Shown: positions 22,200-32,318, counted from the first letter of the stretch. The stretch is 64,000 nt of DNA from an uncultured Candidatus Rokubacteria bacterium (GCA_963708025.1 CAVPSB010000015.1:224001-288000); one strand, 5' to 3'. Translations and numbers: made by a program. The notes: generated by a model from the letters alone, not told the origin.

Positions 22200-23291
22200 A
22201 TGCCGCGACAGAGCCTCGACCTCCCGACGATCGAACAGCTGTCCATCCTGGACGCCGACGGTAACGTCGACGCCCAGCTCGAGCCCGACATTCCGCCCGG
22301 TGATCTGAAGCGGCTCTACCGGACCTTCCTCCTGGCCCGGCGGTTCGACGAGCGGATGCTCCGCCTTCAGCGCCAGGGGCGCATCGGGACCTTCGGCCCC
22401 ACCCGGGGCCACGAGGCCGCCGTCCTGGGCAGTATCTACGCCCTCCGCCCGACCGACTGGCTGGTCCCCTACTACCGCGAGTGGCCGGCTTACATGTGGC
22501 GCGGCTGGCCGCTCGAGAACCTGATCCTCTACTACGCCGGCTTCGCCGAAGGGATGCGGGTCCCCGACGGCCTCCGCGACCTGCCGCTCTGCATCCCCAT
22601 CGCCAGCCAGATTCCCCACGCGGTGGGCGTGGCGTACGCCGCCCGCTACAAGGGCGAGGACAGCGTGACGCTCGTCTACCTGGGCGACGGCGCCACCTCG
22701 CACGGGGACTGCCAGGAGGCCATGAACTTCGCCGGCGTCTTCCAGGCGCCGGTCGTCTTCCTCGTCCTGAACAACCAGTGGGCCATCTCGGTCCCGCGCT
22801 CCCGGCAGACCCGGGCCCGGACCCTGGCCCAGAAGGCGCTGGCCTACGGCTTTCCCGGCATCCAGGTGGACGGCAATGACCTCCTGGCCTGTTACGTCGC
22901 GACCCGGGAGGCAGTGGAGCGGGCCCGGCAGGGCGGGGGGCCCACCCTCGTCGAGGCCGTGACCTACCGGCTCTCCATGCACACGACGGCGGACGACCCC
23001 ACGAAGTATCGGAGCGAGGACGAGGTGAAGGCCTGGGAGGCCAAGGAGCCGCTGCCCCGCTTCCGCCGCTACGTCGAGCAGAAAGGCGTGATCGACGAGG
23101 CGGCGCACGCGGCGCTGGAGGCCGAGGTGGACGCCCAGATCCGGGAGTCGATCGAGCGGGCCGAGGCCCGGATGACGCCGGACCTCCTGGAGGTCTTCGA
23201 GCACGTCTACGCCGAGCGGCCCCCCGAGCTCGAGGCCCAGCGGCAGGAGCTGGCCCGGGTCCTCGAGGCGGCCGAACAGGCCCAGCGCTGA
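22200..23291 (+). CDS. pdhA: pyruvate / 2-oxoacid dehydrogenase E1 alpha
   Basis: LQRQGRIGTF, GDGATSHGD...NNQWAIS TPP motif, TYRLSMHTTADDPTKYR. Confidence 0.9.
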   Translation: MPRQSLDLPTIEQLSILDADGNVDAQLEPDIPPGDLKRLYRTFLLARRFDERMLRLQRQGRIGTFGPTRGHEAAVLGSIYALRPTDWLVPYYREWPAYMWRGWPLENLILYYAGFAEGMRVPDGLRDLPLCIPIASQIPHAVGVAYAARYKGEDSVTLVYLGDGATSHGDCQEAMNFAGVFQAPVVFLVLNNQWAISVPRSRQTRARTLAQKALAYGFPGIQVDGNDLLACYVATREAVERARQGGGPTLVEAVTYRLSMHTTADDPTKYRSEDEVKAWEAKEPLPRFRRYVEQKGVIDEAAHAALEAEVDAQIRESIERAEARMTPDLLEVFEHVYAERPPELEAQRQELARVLEAAEQAQR

Positions 23292-23315
23292 ACGCGTGTG
23301 TGTGAAGCAATCGGG

Positions 23316-23384
23316 CCTCCGACTCCCCCCTCCCCCCGGTGGGTGGGGGAGGGGGGTTGGGGGGGCGGGCGGGAGGTCCCAAAT
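23316..23384 (+). repeat. G/C-tract hairpin repeat (family B), copy 2
   Basis: Near-identical to 9528-9596, lies between pdhA and pdhB. Confidence 0.8.
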
Positions 23385-23386
23385 TG

Positions 23387-24388
23387 ATGACGTCACCGGC
23401 GGGAGAGAGCCGCAAGCTGACGATGGTCAAGGCGATCAACCTCGCCCTCCATCAGGAGATGGAGCGGGACGACGACGTCATGGTGCTCGGCGAGGACGTC
23501 GGCGTGGACGAGGGAGTCTTCCGCGTCACCGAGGGGCTCCTCAAGAAGTTCGGCGAGCAGCGGGTCATCGACACGCCCCTGGCGGAGGGCGCGATCGTCG
23601 GGATGGCGATCGGCATGGCGATCTACGGCCTCAAGCCGATCCCCGAGATCCAGTTCTCCGGCTTCGCCTTCCAGGCCTTCCACCAGATCGAGAACCACGC
23701 CGCCCGCTACCGTGCCCGCACCCGGGGCCGCTACCACATCCCGATGGTGGTCCGCATGCCGTACGGCGGCGGCATCCGCGCGCTCGAGCACCACTCGGAG
23801 AGCGAGGAGGCCTACTACGCCCACACCCCGGGGCTGAAGATCGTCATCCCCTCCGGCCCCCGGATTGCCCGGGCGCTCCTGGTCAGCGCCATTCGCGACC
23901 CCGATCCGGTCGTCTTCTTCGAGCCCAAGGCGCTCTACCACGCCGTGCGGGAGGAGGTGCCGGACACCGAGGAGACGTGGCCGATCGGCCGGGCGCGGGT
24001 CGCCCGCGAGGGAGCGGCGCTCACGCTGATCGCCTACGGCGCCATGCTGCACAAGTGCCTGGAGGTCGCCGACCGGGTGAAGGCCGAGGACGGGGTCGAC
24101 ATCGAGGTGCTCGACCTCCTGTCGATCTCGCCGATGGACACCGAGGCCATCACCGCCTCCGTCGGCAAGACCGGCCGCGCGGTGATCGCCCACGAGGCAC
24201 AGCAGAACTGCGGGGTCGGGGCCGAGGTCATGGCGCGCATCGTGGAGCACGCCTTCCTCCAGCTCCAGGCGCCCGTCCGTCGCGTCGCCGCGCCCGACAT
24301 CGTCTATCCGGGCTTCGCCCGCGAGCGCGGCTGGATCCCCGACGTCGATCGGGTGCTGCGCGCGGTGCGCGAGACCCTCGCCTTCTAA
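23387..24388 (+). CDS. pdhB: 2-oxoacid dehydrogenase E1 beta
   Basis: LGEDVG..GVFRVTEGL, DTPLAE, EIQFSGF, ALEHHSES, FFEPKALY. Confidence 0.92.
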   Translation: MTSPAGESRKLTMVKAINLALHQEMERDDDVMVLGEDVGVDEGVFRVTEGLLKKFGEQRVIDTPLAEGAIVGMAIGMAIYGLKPIPEIQFSGFAFQAFHQIENHAARYRARTRGRYHIPMVVRMPYGGGIRALEHHSESEEAYYAHTPGLKIVIPSGPRIARALLVSAIRDPDPVVFFEPKALYHAVREEVPDTEETWPIGRARVAREGAALTLIAYGAMLHKCLEVADRVKAEDGVDIEVLDLLSISPMDTEAITASVGKTGRAVIAHEAQQNCGVGAEVMARIVEHAFLQLQAPVRRVAAPDIVYPGFARERGWIPDVDRVLRAVRETLAF

Positions 24389-24451
24389 GCCACAACCCAC
24401 CCTGACCCCGGCCCTCTCCTTCCGGGGGAGGGAGAGGGAGCGGACAGCGCC

Positions 24452-25724
24452 ATGGCCCAGGAATTCAAGCTGCCGGACCTCGGCGAGGGCTTGACCGAGG
24501 CCGAGATCGTCCAGGTGCTCGTCGGCGAGGGGGACGAGGTCAAGGAAGACCAGCCGATCCTCCTGGTCGAGACGGAGAAGGCCCAGGTCGAGCTGCCGTC
24601 GCCGTTCGGCGGTCGGGTCGCGAAGATCCACGTCCGGGCCGGGGAGCGCGTCAAGGTCGGCTCGGTGCTCGTGAGCTTTGTTCGGGCTGGGGGGGGCGAG
24701 CCGTCCCCCCCAGCCCCACCGTCCGGGAGGCTGGGCGGGGTTCGGCGACGCTCCCCACCGGCGCTCCCGCTCGGCCGGCGGGCGCGCAACCGGCGGCGAC
24801 GCCGGCCACCCGTCGGCTCGCGCGGGAGCTCGGCGTCGATCTCGCGGACGTCGCGGGGTCCGGCCCGGCCGGTCGCATCACCGACGACGACGTGCGGGCC
24901 GCCGCCGGAAAGCCTCCGAGCGCCGTGAAGGCGGCCGAGGCGCCGGCGCGGCCGCTGGAGCCCGGTCGTCCCCTGGAGGCTCAGCGCGAGCTCCCGCCGC
25001 TGCCGCGCTTCGAGCAGTGGGGGCCGGTCGAGCGGGAGGCTCTGCGCGGCGTTCGCCGGCGGAGCGCCGAGCACCTCGCGCTCGCGTGGGCGGTCATCCC
25101 CCACGTCACCCAGCACGACCAGGCGGACATCACCGACCTCGAGGCCCTCCGCCGCCGGCAGGCGCCTCGCGTCCGGGAGTCGGGCGGCGACCTCACGCTG
25201 ACCGCCCTCCTGGTCAAGGCCGCCGCCATCGTGCTCCAGGCTCACCCGCGCTTCAACGCGAGCCTGGACAACCAGACCGGCGAGCTGGTGAAGAAGCGCT
25301 ACTACAACATCGGGGTGGCGGTGGACACCCCGAACGGGCTGGTCGTTCCCGTCCTGCGCGACGTCGACCGCAAGCGCGTGCGCGAGGTCGCGGCGGAGCT
25401 GCCGCAGCTCGCCGCGCGGGCGCGCGACGGGAAGGCGACCATCGAGGACCTCCGGGGCGGGACGTTCACGGTGACGAACACGGGCGCGCTCGGCGGAACC
25501 GGCGCCACCCCGATCATCAACTACCCGGAGGTGGCGATCCTGGGCGTCGGTCGCGCGCGCGAGATGCCGGTCGTGCGCGACGGCCAGGTGGTGGTCCGCC
25601 TGATCCTCCCGCTGTCCATCGCCTTCGACCACCGGGTCATCGACGGGATGGAGGCGGCGCGTTTCGGCGCCGACCTCGTGCGGCTTGCTGGAGGATCCCG
25701 GAGCGCCTCCTGCTCGAAGGGTAG
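24452..25724 (+). CDS. pdhC: dihydrolipoamide acyltransferase E2; frameshifts near 24700-24790 and 25685
   Basis: FKLPDLGEGLTEAE, ETEKA lipoyl site, TPIINYPEVAILG, FDHRVIDG; true end probably ...PERLLLEG*. Confidence 0.9.
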
Positions 25725-25896
25725 CGGGCGGGGCCGATGAGCTTCGCATCGCGTCGTCCTCGGTCGTCGCCCATCCTCGGCGTATGCGGCATACGCCTCC
25801 GGTGGGCGACTCCCTGCGTCCTAGCGCTGCTCGCTCCTCGGCCCCGCCCACGAGAAATTGACTCGTCTGCCATGTCTTTGGCGTTTCCGAGGAAGG
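25724..25896 (+). repeat. modular hairpin element (family A), copy 2 (short form)
   Basis: Same termini and GGCGTA..TACGCC core as copy 1; begins at the E2 stop codon. Confidence 0.85.
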
Positions 25897-25918
25897 GGAG
25901 TGGGAAGGGGTTGGCTCC

Positions 25919-27352
25919 GTGGTGATGGGGGACCTGCCGCGGGACGTGGATCTGGTCGTCATCGGCGGAGGCCCCGGCGGGTACGCCGCCGCGTTCCGCG
26001 CGGCCGACCTCGGGCTGGAGACCGTGCTGGTCGAGGCGCGCGGGCTCCTCGGCGGCGAGTGCCTCCACGTCGGCTGCATTCCCTCGAAGGCGCTCCTGGG
26101 CCTGGCCACGCTGGTCACCGACGCCGCCGAGGCCCGGACCGCCGGCCTGGAGTTCGCCCCGCCGCGGCTGGTCCTCGACCGGATGCGGGAGTGGACCCGG
26201 GCCTCGATCGGGAAGCTCGCGCAGGGCCTGGGCGGCCTGGCGCGGGCGCGCGGCGTGGACGTGGTCGCGGGCCAGGCGCGCTTCGCCGACGCCCAGACCG
26301 TGCACGTCACGCCGAGCGACGACGACCACCCGCCCGCCACGCTCCGCTTCGACCACGCCATCGTGGCCACCGGCTCCCGGCCCATGGCGCTGCCCGGCCT
26401 CGACCTCCCGAGCGCCCGCATCTGGGATTCCGCCGCGGCGCTGGCGCTGCCCTCGGTGCCGTCGCGCCTGCTCGTCGTCGGCGGCGGCTACATCGGGCTC
26501 GAGCTCGGCACGGTCTACGCGGCGCTCGGCTCGGAGGTCACCGTCGTCGAGCTGACCGACGGCCTCCTGCCCGGCGTCGACCGCGACCTCGTCGCGCCGC
26601 TGGCCCGCCGCCTCACCGGGCTCTTCAAGCAGATCCACCTCCGGACCCGGGTGACCGCGGTCCGCGAGACCGCGGGCGGCGCGGTGGTCGAGCTGGCCGG
26701 CGAGGGCGTCCCGGCCCGCCTCGAGGTGGAGCAGGTGCTGGTGGCGGTCGGGCGGCGGCCGAACACGGCCGACCTCGGCCTCGAGCACGCGGGCGTGCGG
26801 CCGGATCCCCGCGGCTTCATCCCGGTGGACGCCCGCCGCCGGACGGCCAGCGCGCGAGTCTACGCGATCGGCGACGTGGCCGGCGAGCCGATGCTCGCCC
26901 ACAAGGCGATCGCCGAGGGCCTGGTGGCGGCCGAGGCGATCGCCGGCCGCCCGGCGGCCTTCGACCCGCAGGCGATCCCCGCCGTCGTGTTCACGGATCC
27001 CGAGGTCGCCTGGTCCGGCCTGACCGAAGCGGAGGCGACGGCGCGCGGCGTTGCCGTGCGGACGGTCAAGATGCCGTGGTCGGCGTCCGGCCGGGCCGTG
27101 GCCATGGGGCGTCCGGACGGGCTCACCAAGCTCACCTTCGAGGCCGAGACCGGCCGGCTGCTCGGCGTGGGCCTGGTCGGCCCCCACGCCGGCGAGCTCA
27201 TCGCCGAGGGGACACTGGCGGTCGAGATGGGCGCCCTCGCCGAGGACCTCGCGGGCACGATCCACGCCCATCCCACCCTGTCGGAGACCTTCGTCGAGGC
27301 CGCCGAGCTCTTCCTCGGGCGGCCGATCCACCTGCCGCCCCCTCGCCACTGA
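25919..27352 (+). CDS. lpdA: dihydrolipoyl dehydrogenase E3
   Basis: GGGPGGY, GGECLHVGCIPSK disulfide motif, GGGYIGLE, IHAHPTLSE. Confidence 0.95.
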   Translation: MVMGDLPRDVDLVVIGGGPGGYAAAFRAADLGLETVLVEARGLLGGECLHVGCIPSKALLGLATLVTDAAEARTAGLEFAPPRLVLDRMREWTRASIGKLAQGLGGLARARGVDVVAGQARFADAQTVHVTPSDDDHPPATLRFDHAIVATGSRPMALPGLDLPSARIWDSAAALALPSVPSRLLVVGGGYIGLELGTVYAALGSEVTVVELTDGLLPGVDRDLVAPLARRLTGLFKQIHLRTRVTAVRETAGGAVVELAGEGVPARLEVEQVLVAVGRRPNTADLGLEHAGVRPDPRGFIPVDARRRTASARVYAIGDVAGEPMLAHKAIAEGLVAAEAIAGRPAAFDPQAIPAVVFTDPEVAWSGLTEAEATARGVAVRTVKMPWSASGRAVAMGRPDGLTKLTFEAETGRLLGVGLVGPHAGELIAEGTLAVEMGALAEDLAGTIHAHPTLSETFVEAAELFLGRPIHLPPPRH

Positions 27353-27357
27353 CCCGC

Positions 27358-27648
27358 GGGGCGGGGCCGATGAGCGTCGCAATGTTCATCTCGGTCGTGA
27401 CGCGCTCGGCCTACGTCGATCGGACGGCCTGCGGCCTGTGGGCGTCCGTCCCGACCTATGGTCGTCGTTCGGACGGCCTTCGGCCTTTGGGGTCGTCGCC
27501 GATCCTCGGCGTATGCGGCATACGCCTGCGGTGGGCGACTCCCTGCGTCCATTGGACGGCCTTCGGCCTGTGGGCGCTGCTCGCTCCTCGACCCCGCCCC
27601 GAGGAACTGGCCTCACTCGTCATGAACGTGACGGCCCAAGGACTCTAG
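27358..27648 (+). repeat. modular hairpin element (family A), copy 3 (long form)
   Basis: Highly similar to copy 1 with three GGACGGCCT(T/G)CGGCCT arms; tail ends CTAG. Confidence 0.85.
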
Positions 27649-27683
27649 CCATCGGGACCCGCGCGGCCGGCTGGCGGTCCTCG

Positions 27684-28907
27684 GTGGCGCTGGCCAGCGC
27701 GGGAGTCCTCCCCGTCACCCTCGACTCCGCCGTCAACATCGCCTTCCCGGCGATCTCCGCAGCCTTCGCGGTCCCCGTGGCCGCGATCCGGTGGATCGTC
27801 ATCGCCTACATCCTCACGGACGCCTGCCTGCTCCTGCCGGCCGGGCGATGGGCCGATCGCGTCGGCCACCGGCTGGTCTTCGGGGTCGGCCTGGCAGTCA
27901 CCGGCGCCGCCCTCCTCCTCTGCGGGCTGGCGCCGACGCTCGGCTGGCTCCTGACCGCGCGCGTGCTGCAGGGCGCCGGGGCCGCCCTCGTCTTCGCCAG
28001 CGCGCCCGCGCTGGTCACGCTCGCCAGCCCGGAGGCGGCCCGGCAGCGCGCGCTGGGCTGGTTCAACCTGGCCATCGGCACGGGTGCCGTGCTCGGGCCG
28101 CTGCTCGGCGGCGCGCTCGTCGCGACATGGGGGTGGCGCGCCGTGTACCTGGCCCGCGTGCCGCTGGCCGCCGCCGCGCTGCTGCTCGCGTGGCGCGGAC
28201 TGACCACGGTGACCGGCGCAACGGAGCCCAAGCCCCCCGCCGGGCCCGCGGCGTCGGGCGGCCTCGCCGACCGGCGGACCTTCGTCCTCGCCAACGCGAC
28301 CAACCTGGTCGCCAACGCCGCGCTCTTCTTCGTGTGGCTGCTCGTCCCGTACTACCTGGTCCAGGGCCGGGGCCTGCCGGCCGGGGTGGGCGGCGCCCTC
28401 TTCGCGGTCGGCGCCCTGGCGACGGCGGTGGGCGCGCCTGCCGGCGGCCGGTGGGCCGAGGCGTGGGGCGCGCGCTGGGTCGTGCCGCTGGCCCTCGCGA
28501 TCGAGGCCGTCGGGCTCGTTCTCACCAGCCGGCTCCACGCGGCGTCCTCGGGGGCCGAGATCGCGCTGGCGCTGGCGCTCGCCGGCGGCGGCGTGGGGCT
28601 GTTCGCGACGCCCAACATGCACTACGTGATGAGCGCGCTCCCGCCCGGCCGCCAGGGCTGGGCCGGGGGCCTGGTGGTCCTGATGCGGATGCTCGGGTTC
28701 GTGGTGGGCGCCTACCTGGCGACGGCGGCCTACGAGAGCCGCCTCGCCGTTTACGGGGCGGCGGGGCTCGGCGGGGCCGACGCCGCCGCGCTGGCATTCC
28801 GGGACGCCTTCCTCCTCGCCGGCGCCATCGCCGCCGCCGCAGCGGGGGGTCAGGCCTTTCAATCTTTCAGTTTGTCGAGGTGCTTGGCGAGACTCGGGGT
28901 TTGTTAA
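27684..28907 (+). CDS. MFS transporter (drug:H+ antiporter-like); start uncertain, C-terminus supplied by an inserted repeat
   Basis: TLDSAVNIAFPAI, GRWADRVGHR motif A, ARVLQGAGAA, LGPLLGGALV..WGWRAVY. Confidence 0.8.
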   Translation: MALASAGVLPVTLDSAVNIAFPAISAAFAVPVAAIRWIVIAYILTDACLLLPAGRWADRVGHRLVFGVGLAVTGAALLLCGLAPTLGWLLTARVLQGAGAALVFASAPALVTLASPEAARQRALGWFNLAIGTGAVLGPLLGGALVATWGWRAVYLARVPLAAAALLLAWRGLTTVTGATEPKPPAGPAASGGLADRRTFVLANATNLVANAALFFVWLLVPYYLVQGRGLPAGVGGALFAVGALATAVGAPAGGRWAEAWGARWVVPLALAIEAVGLVLTSRLHAASSGAEIALALALAGGGVGLFATPNMHYVMSALPPGRQGWAGGLVVLMRMLGFVVGAYLATAAYESRLAVYGAAGLGGADAAALAFRDAFLLAGAIAAAAAGGQAFQSFSLSRCLARLGVC

Positions 28908-28926
28908 GATTGAAAGGCCTGACCCC
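28846..28926. repeat. 81-bp inverted-repeat element with 21-bp arms (GGGGTCAG-type REP/MITE)
   Basis: GGGGTCAGGCCTTTCAATCTT ... AAGATTGAAAGGCCTGACCCC, perfect IR and AT-rich relative to flanks. Confidence 0.85.
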
Positions 28927-28941
28927 AGGAGGAGAATCCCG

Positions 28942-30354
28942 ATGGCGAACGACGAGCTGTGCTGGCTGTCCGCGACTGCCCTGGCCGGCCTCATCCGCAA
29001 GAAGAAGGTCTCGCCGGTCGAGGTGGTGGACGCCGTCCTCGACCGTCTCGCGCGCGTGAACCCGCGCCTGAACGCCTACGTCGCGATCACCGCCGACAGC
29101 GCCCGGAAAGAGGCCAGGGCCGCGGAGCGCGCGCTCACGCGGAAGGGCGCGCGGCCCGGACCGCTCCACGGCGTGCCCTTCTCGGTCAAGGATCTCGTCG
29201 CCACCCGGGGCGTGGCGACGACCTTCGGCACCCCGCTCTACAAGGACAACGTGCCGGGCGAGGACGCGCCGATGGTGGAGCGGCTGAAGGCGGCCGGCGC
29301 GATCATGCTGGGCAAGACGAACACGCCGACCTTCGGGTGGATCGGCGCGACCCACAACCTGCTCTTCGGCGTCACCCGGAACCCCTGGAACCCGGAGCGC
29401 ACGCCGGGCGGCTCGAGCGGGGGCGCCTCGGCCGCGGTGGCGGCCGGCCTGGGTCCCCTCGCCATCGGCACCGACGGCGGCGGCTCCATCCGCATCCCGG
29501 CGTCCTTCGCCGGGATCTTCGGGCACAAGCCGTCCTTCGGGCGCATTCCCGTCCATCCGCCCAGCGCCGCCTGGAGCCTCTCCCACATCGGGCCGATGAC
29601 GCGGACGGTGGCCGACGCCGCCCTGATGCTGAACGTCGCGGCGGGTCCCGACGAGCGGGACCAGCACTCGCTCCCCGCCGAGCGGGTGGACTACGTGAAG
29701 GCGCTGCGCGGAAGCCTGGCGGGGTTGCGGGTCGCCTGGAGCGACGATCTCGGATTCGCCGAGGCCCTCGACCCCGAGGTGCGGGCAGCCTGCGCGAAGG
29801 CGGCCGGTGCGTTTCGCGAGCTCGGCTGCCGGCTGGAGACGGTGCGCCCCGGCTGGCCCTCGCCCCGGGAGTGCTGGTTCGAGATCTTCGGCGGGGGCAT
29901 CGCGGTCCGGCTGGCGCCGTACCTCGACCGCAAGAGCGAGATCGACCCGGGCCTCTATCGCATCATCGAGCAGACCCTCGCCAACCCGCCCACGAAGTAC
30001 GTCCAGGCCTGGTTCGACCGGCTGGCGTGGGCGCAGCACCCGCGCGTGCTCTTCGAGAAATACGACCTCCTGCTGACGCCGACCGTCGCCTGCCCGCCGT
30101 TCCGGGTCGGCCTCGACAACCCGACGGAGATCGGCGGCCAGCCCGTCCGGCCCTACGCCTGGGTGCCGTTCACCTACCCCTTCAACATGACCGGGCAGCC
30201 GGCCGCCTCGGTGCCGGCCGGCTTCACCCGGGACGGCCTGCCGATCGGGCTCCAGATCGTCGGGCGGCGCTTCGACGACGCCGGGGTGCTCCGGGCCGCG
30301 GCAGCCTTCGAGCGCGCTCGCCCGTGGGCCGACCGCCGGCCGCCCGAGCCCTGA
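28942..30354 (+). CDS. amidase (amidase-signature family)
   Basis: GPLHGVPFSVKD, GGSSGGAS, GTDGGGSIRIPAS, GLPIGLQIVG. Confidence 0.93.
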   Translation: MANDELCWLSATALAGLIRKKKVSPVEVVDAVLDRLARVNPRLNAYVAITADSARKEARAAERALTRKGARPGPLHGVPFSVKDLVATRGVATTFGTPLYKDNVPGEDAPMVERLKAAGAIMLGKTNTPTFGWIGATHNLLFGVTRNPWNPERTPGGSSGGASAAVAAGLGPLAIGTDGGGSIRIPASFAGIFGHKPSFGRIPVHPPSAAWSLSHIGPMTRTVADAALMLNVAAGPDERDQHSLPAERVDYVKALRGSLAGLRVAWSDDLGFAEALDPEVRAACAKAAGAFRELGCRLETVRPGWPSPRECWFEIFGGGIAVRLAPYLDRKSEIDPGLYRIIEQTLANPPTKYVQAWFDRLAWAQHPRVLFEKYDLLLTPTVACPPFRVGLDNPTEIGGQPVRPYAWVPFTYPFNMTGQPAASVPAGFTRDGLPIGLQIVGRRFDDAGVLRAAAAFERARPWADRRPPEP

Positions 30355-30357
30355 GAA

Positions 30358-30546
30358 CTAGCGGGCGGGGCCGATGAGCGTCGCATCGCGGCCTCGGCGG
30401 CTCGTCCTCGGTCGTCGCCGATCCTCGGCGTACTCGGAGTACGCCTGCGGTCGGCGACTCCCTGCGTCCTAGCGCTGCTCGCTCCTCGGCCCCGCCCTCG
30501 AGAACTTGACTCGTCTACCATGACTTTGGCGCGTCAAGGAATCTAG
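30358..30546 (+). repeat. modular hairpin element (family A), copy 4, CTAG at both ends
   Basis: CTAG-CGGGCGGGGCCGATGAGCG...CGCTCCTCGGCCCCGCCC-tail-CTAG. Confidence 0.85.
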
Positions 30547-30595
30547 GGAAGTCCGTCGTGGACGGGCTCGACTCCTGACCGGGGAGGCCTGAGGC

Positions 30596-32290
30596 GTGGG
30601 CGAGACCCGCGTCGACCTGCTCCACCTCCTGGAGGACCTGCGGGACGCCTACCCCGGGGCTCTCGAGGAGACGATCCTGACCGAGGTCGTGGCCAACGCG
30701 CTCGACTCCGGCGCGACGCGGGTCGATCTCGCCACCGACCCGACGGCGGCGGCGCTCACGGTCGTCGACGACGGGGCCGGCATGAAGCGCCGGGAGCTGG
30801 CCCGCTACCACGACATCGCGGCCACCACCAAGGTGCGCGGGGAAGGGATCGGCTTCGCGGGGGTCGGGATCAAGCTCGGGCTCCTCGCCTGCGAGGAGGT
30901 GGTGACGGAGACGCGGCGGGGCAAGACCCACGTGGCCACGAGCTGGGGCCTCGCCTCGCGCCAGCGCGCCCCCTGGCGCTGGATCCCCCCGCCGGGGCTC
31001 GTCGCCGAGCACGGCACCGGCGTCCGCCTGACGCTCCGGAACCCGCTCTCGCCGCTGCTCGACGCCGGCTTCGTCGCCGGCGCGATCGAGCGGCACTTCC
31101 AGCCCCTGCTCGATTCCCTCTTCGACGAGTGCCTGGCCCGGCACTACCCGCGCGGCGTCCGCTTCGTCGTGAACGGGCAGCCGCTCGCCCGGAGCGGCGG
31201 CGCGACCGAGCGGGCGGCGCTCGCCATCCGGATGGGACGCAAGCGGAAGCCGGTGGCGGTCGGCTACCTCGTGCGCACGGGGGGGCCGCTGTCGGAGGAG
31301 CAGCGCGGGGTCGCGATCAGCACGCTGGGGAAGATCATCAAGCGCGGCTGGGACTGGCTCGGCGTCGCCCCGGCCGCGCCCGAGCTCATCCACGGCGTCA
31401 TCGAGGTGCCGGCACTCGCGGCCTGTCTCACGCTGAACAAGGTCGACTTCATCCGCGCCGGCCCCCGCGGCGCGAGCTACCTGGCCTACCGGAAGGCGAT
31501 CCAGGAGGCGGTGTCGGCCCAGCTCGCCGCCTGGGGCGACGCACCCGACCGGACCGCGGAGGCCCGGCGCCGGGCGCGGCCCGTCGAGCGGGATCTCGAG
31601 CGCGTGCTCGTGGATCTGGCCGAGGAGTTCCCGCTCCTCGCGAGCCTCGTCGAGCGGCACGCCGGCGGCCAGACCCGGCTCCCGACGGGACGGGCCGGCG
31701 AGGGGCTCGAGGCGACGGAGGTCGCGCTCGGATCGCTCCTCGTGGCCCGAGCCGAAGCGGAGGCGGCGACCCCCGGGGATCGGGGCGCGTCCGGCTCGCC
31801 CGGGGACGCGGCCGGCTCCGGGGCCGGGGCGGCGCCCGGGTCCGAGCCGGCGGCTTCGCCGGAGCGGCCGGCGGGTGCCACGCCACTGCCGGGAGGCCGG
31901 GGCCCGCGGCGTCCCGGGCGCTACGGGCTCAGCATCCAGTTCGAGAGCCGGCCGGACGAGTCCGAGCTGGGCCGGCTCGTCGAGTCCACGGTGTGGGTCA
32001 ACGAGGCCCACCCCGCCTACCGCCGCGCGGCCGCCTCCCGCTCCGAGGGGTACCACCTCGCGCTCGCCGTCGCCATGGCCCTCGCCTCGCTCGCGGTCGA
32101 GCCCGGCCAGGCCCGGCGCTTCATCACGACGTTCCTCGACGCACTGGGGCCGCGCCGTCGACCGCCCGGCCCCCGGCCGCCGCCCCCGGTCCCGCCGCGC
32201 CCGCTGAGAGCCTCCGGGGGGCCGGAAGGGCCCTCGGAAGGGCATCAAACGGGCTGTGGCACCCGCCGCCGGGACCGTGGTATCGTTTGA
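30596..32290 (+). CDS. stand-alone GHKL (Hsp90/MutL/MORC-like) ATPase; true stop possibly 32207 after a frameshift near 32138
   Basis: EVVANALD, VVDDGAGM, GIGFAGVGIK, HGTGV Bergerat-fold motifs; C-terminal VWVNEAHPAY. Confidence 0.8.
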   Translation: MGETRVDLLHLLEDLRDAYPGALEETILTEVVANALDSGATRVDLATDPTAAALTVVDDGAGMKRRELARYHDIAATTKVRGEGIGFAGVGIKLGLLACEEVVTETRRGKTHVATSWGLASRQRAPWRWIPPPGLVAEHGTGVRLTLRNPLSPLLDAGFVAGAIERHFQPLLDSLFDECLARHYPRGVRFVVNGQPLARSGGATERAALAIRMGRKRKPVAVGYLVRTGGPLSEEQRGVAISTLGKIIKRGWDWLGVAPAAPELIHGVIEVPALAACLTLNKVDFIRAGPRGASYLAYRKAIQEAVSAQLAAWGDAPDRTAEARRRARPVERDLERVLVDLAEEFPLLASLVERHAGGQTRLPTGRAGEGLEATEVALGSLLVARAEAEAATPGDRGASGSPGDAAGSGAGAAPGSEPAASPERPAGATPLPGGRGPRRPGRYGLSIQFESRPDESELGRLVESTVWVNEAHPAYRRAAASRSEGYHLALAVAMALASLAVEPGQARRFITTFLDALGPRRRPPGPRPPPPVPPRPLRASGGPEGPSEGHQTGCGTRRRDRGIV

Positions 32291-32318
32291 CACCTTCCCT
32301 GGGAGTGGAGGGCCGCCT

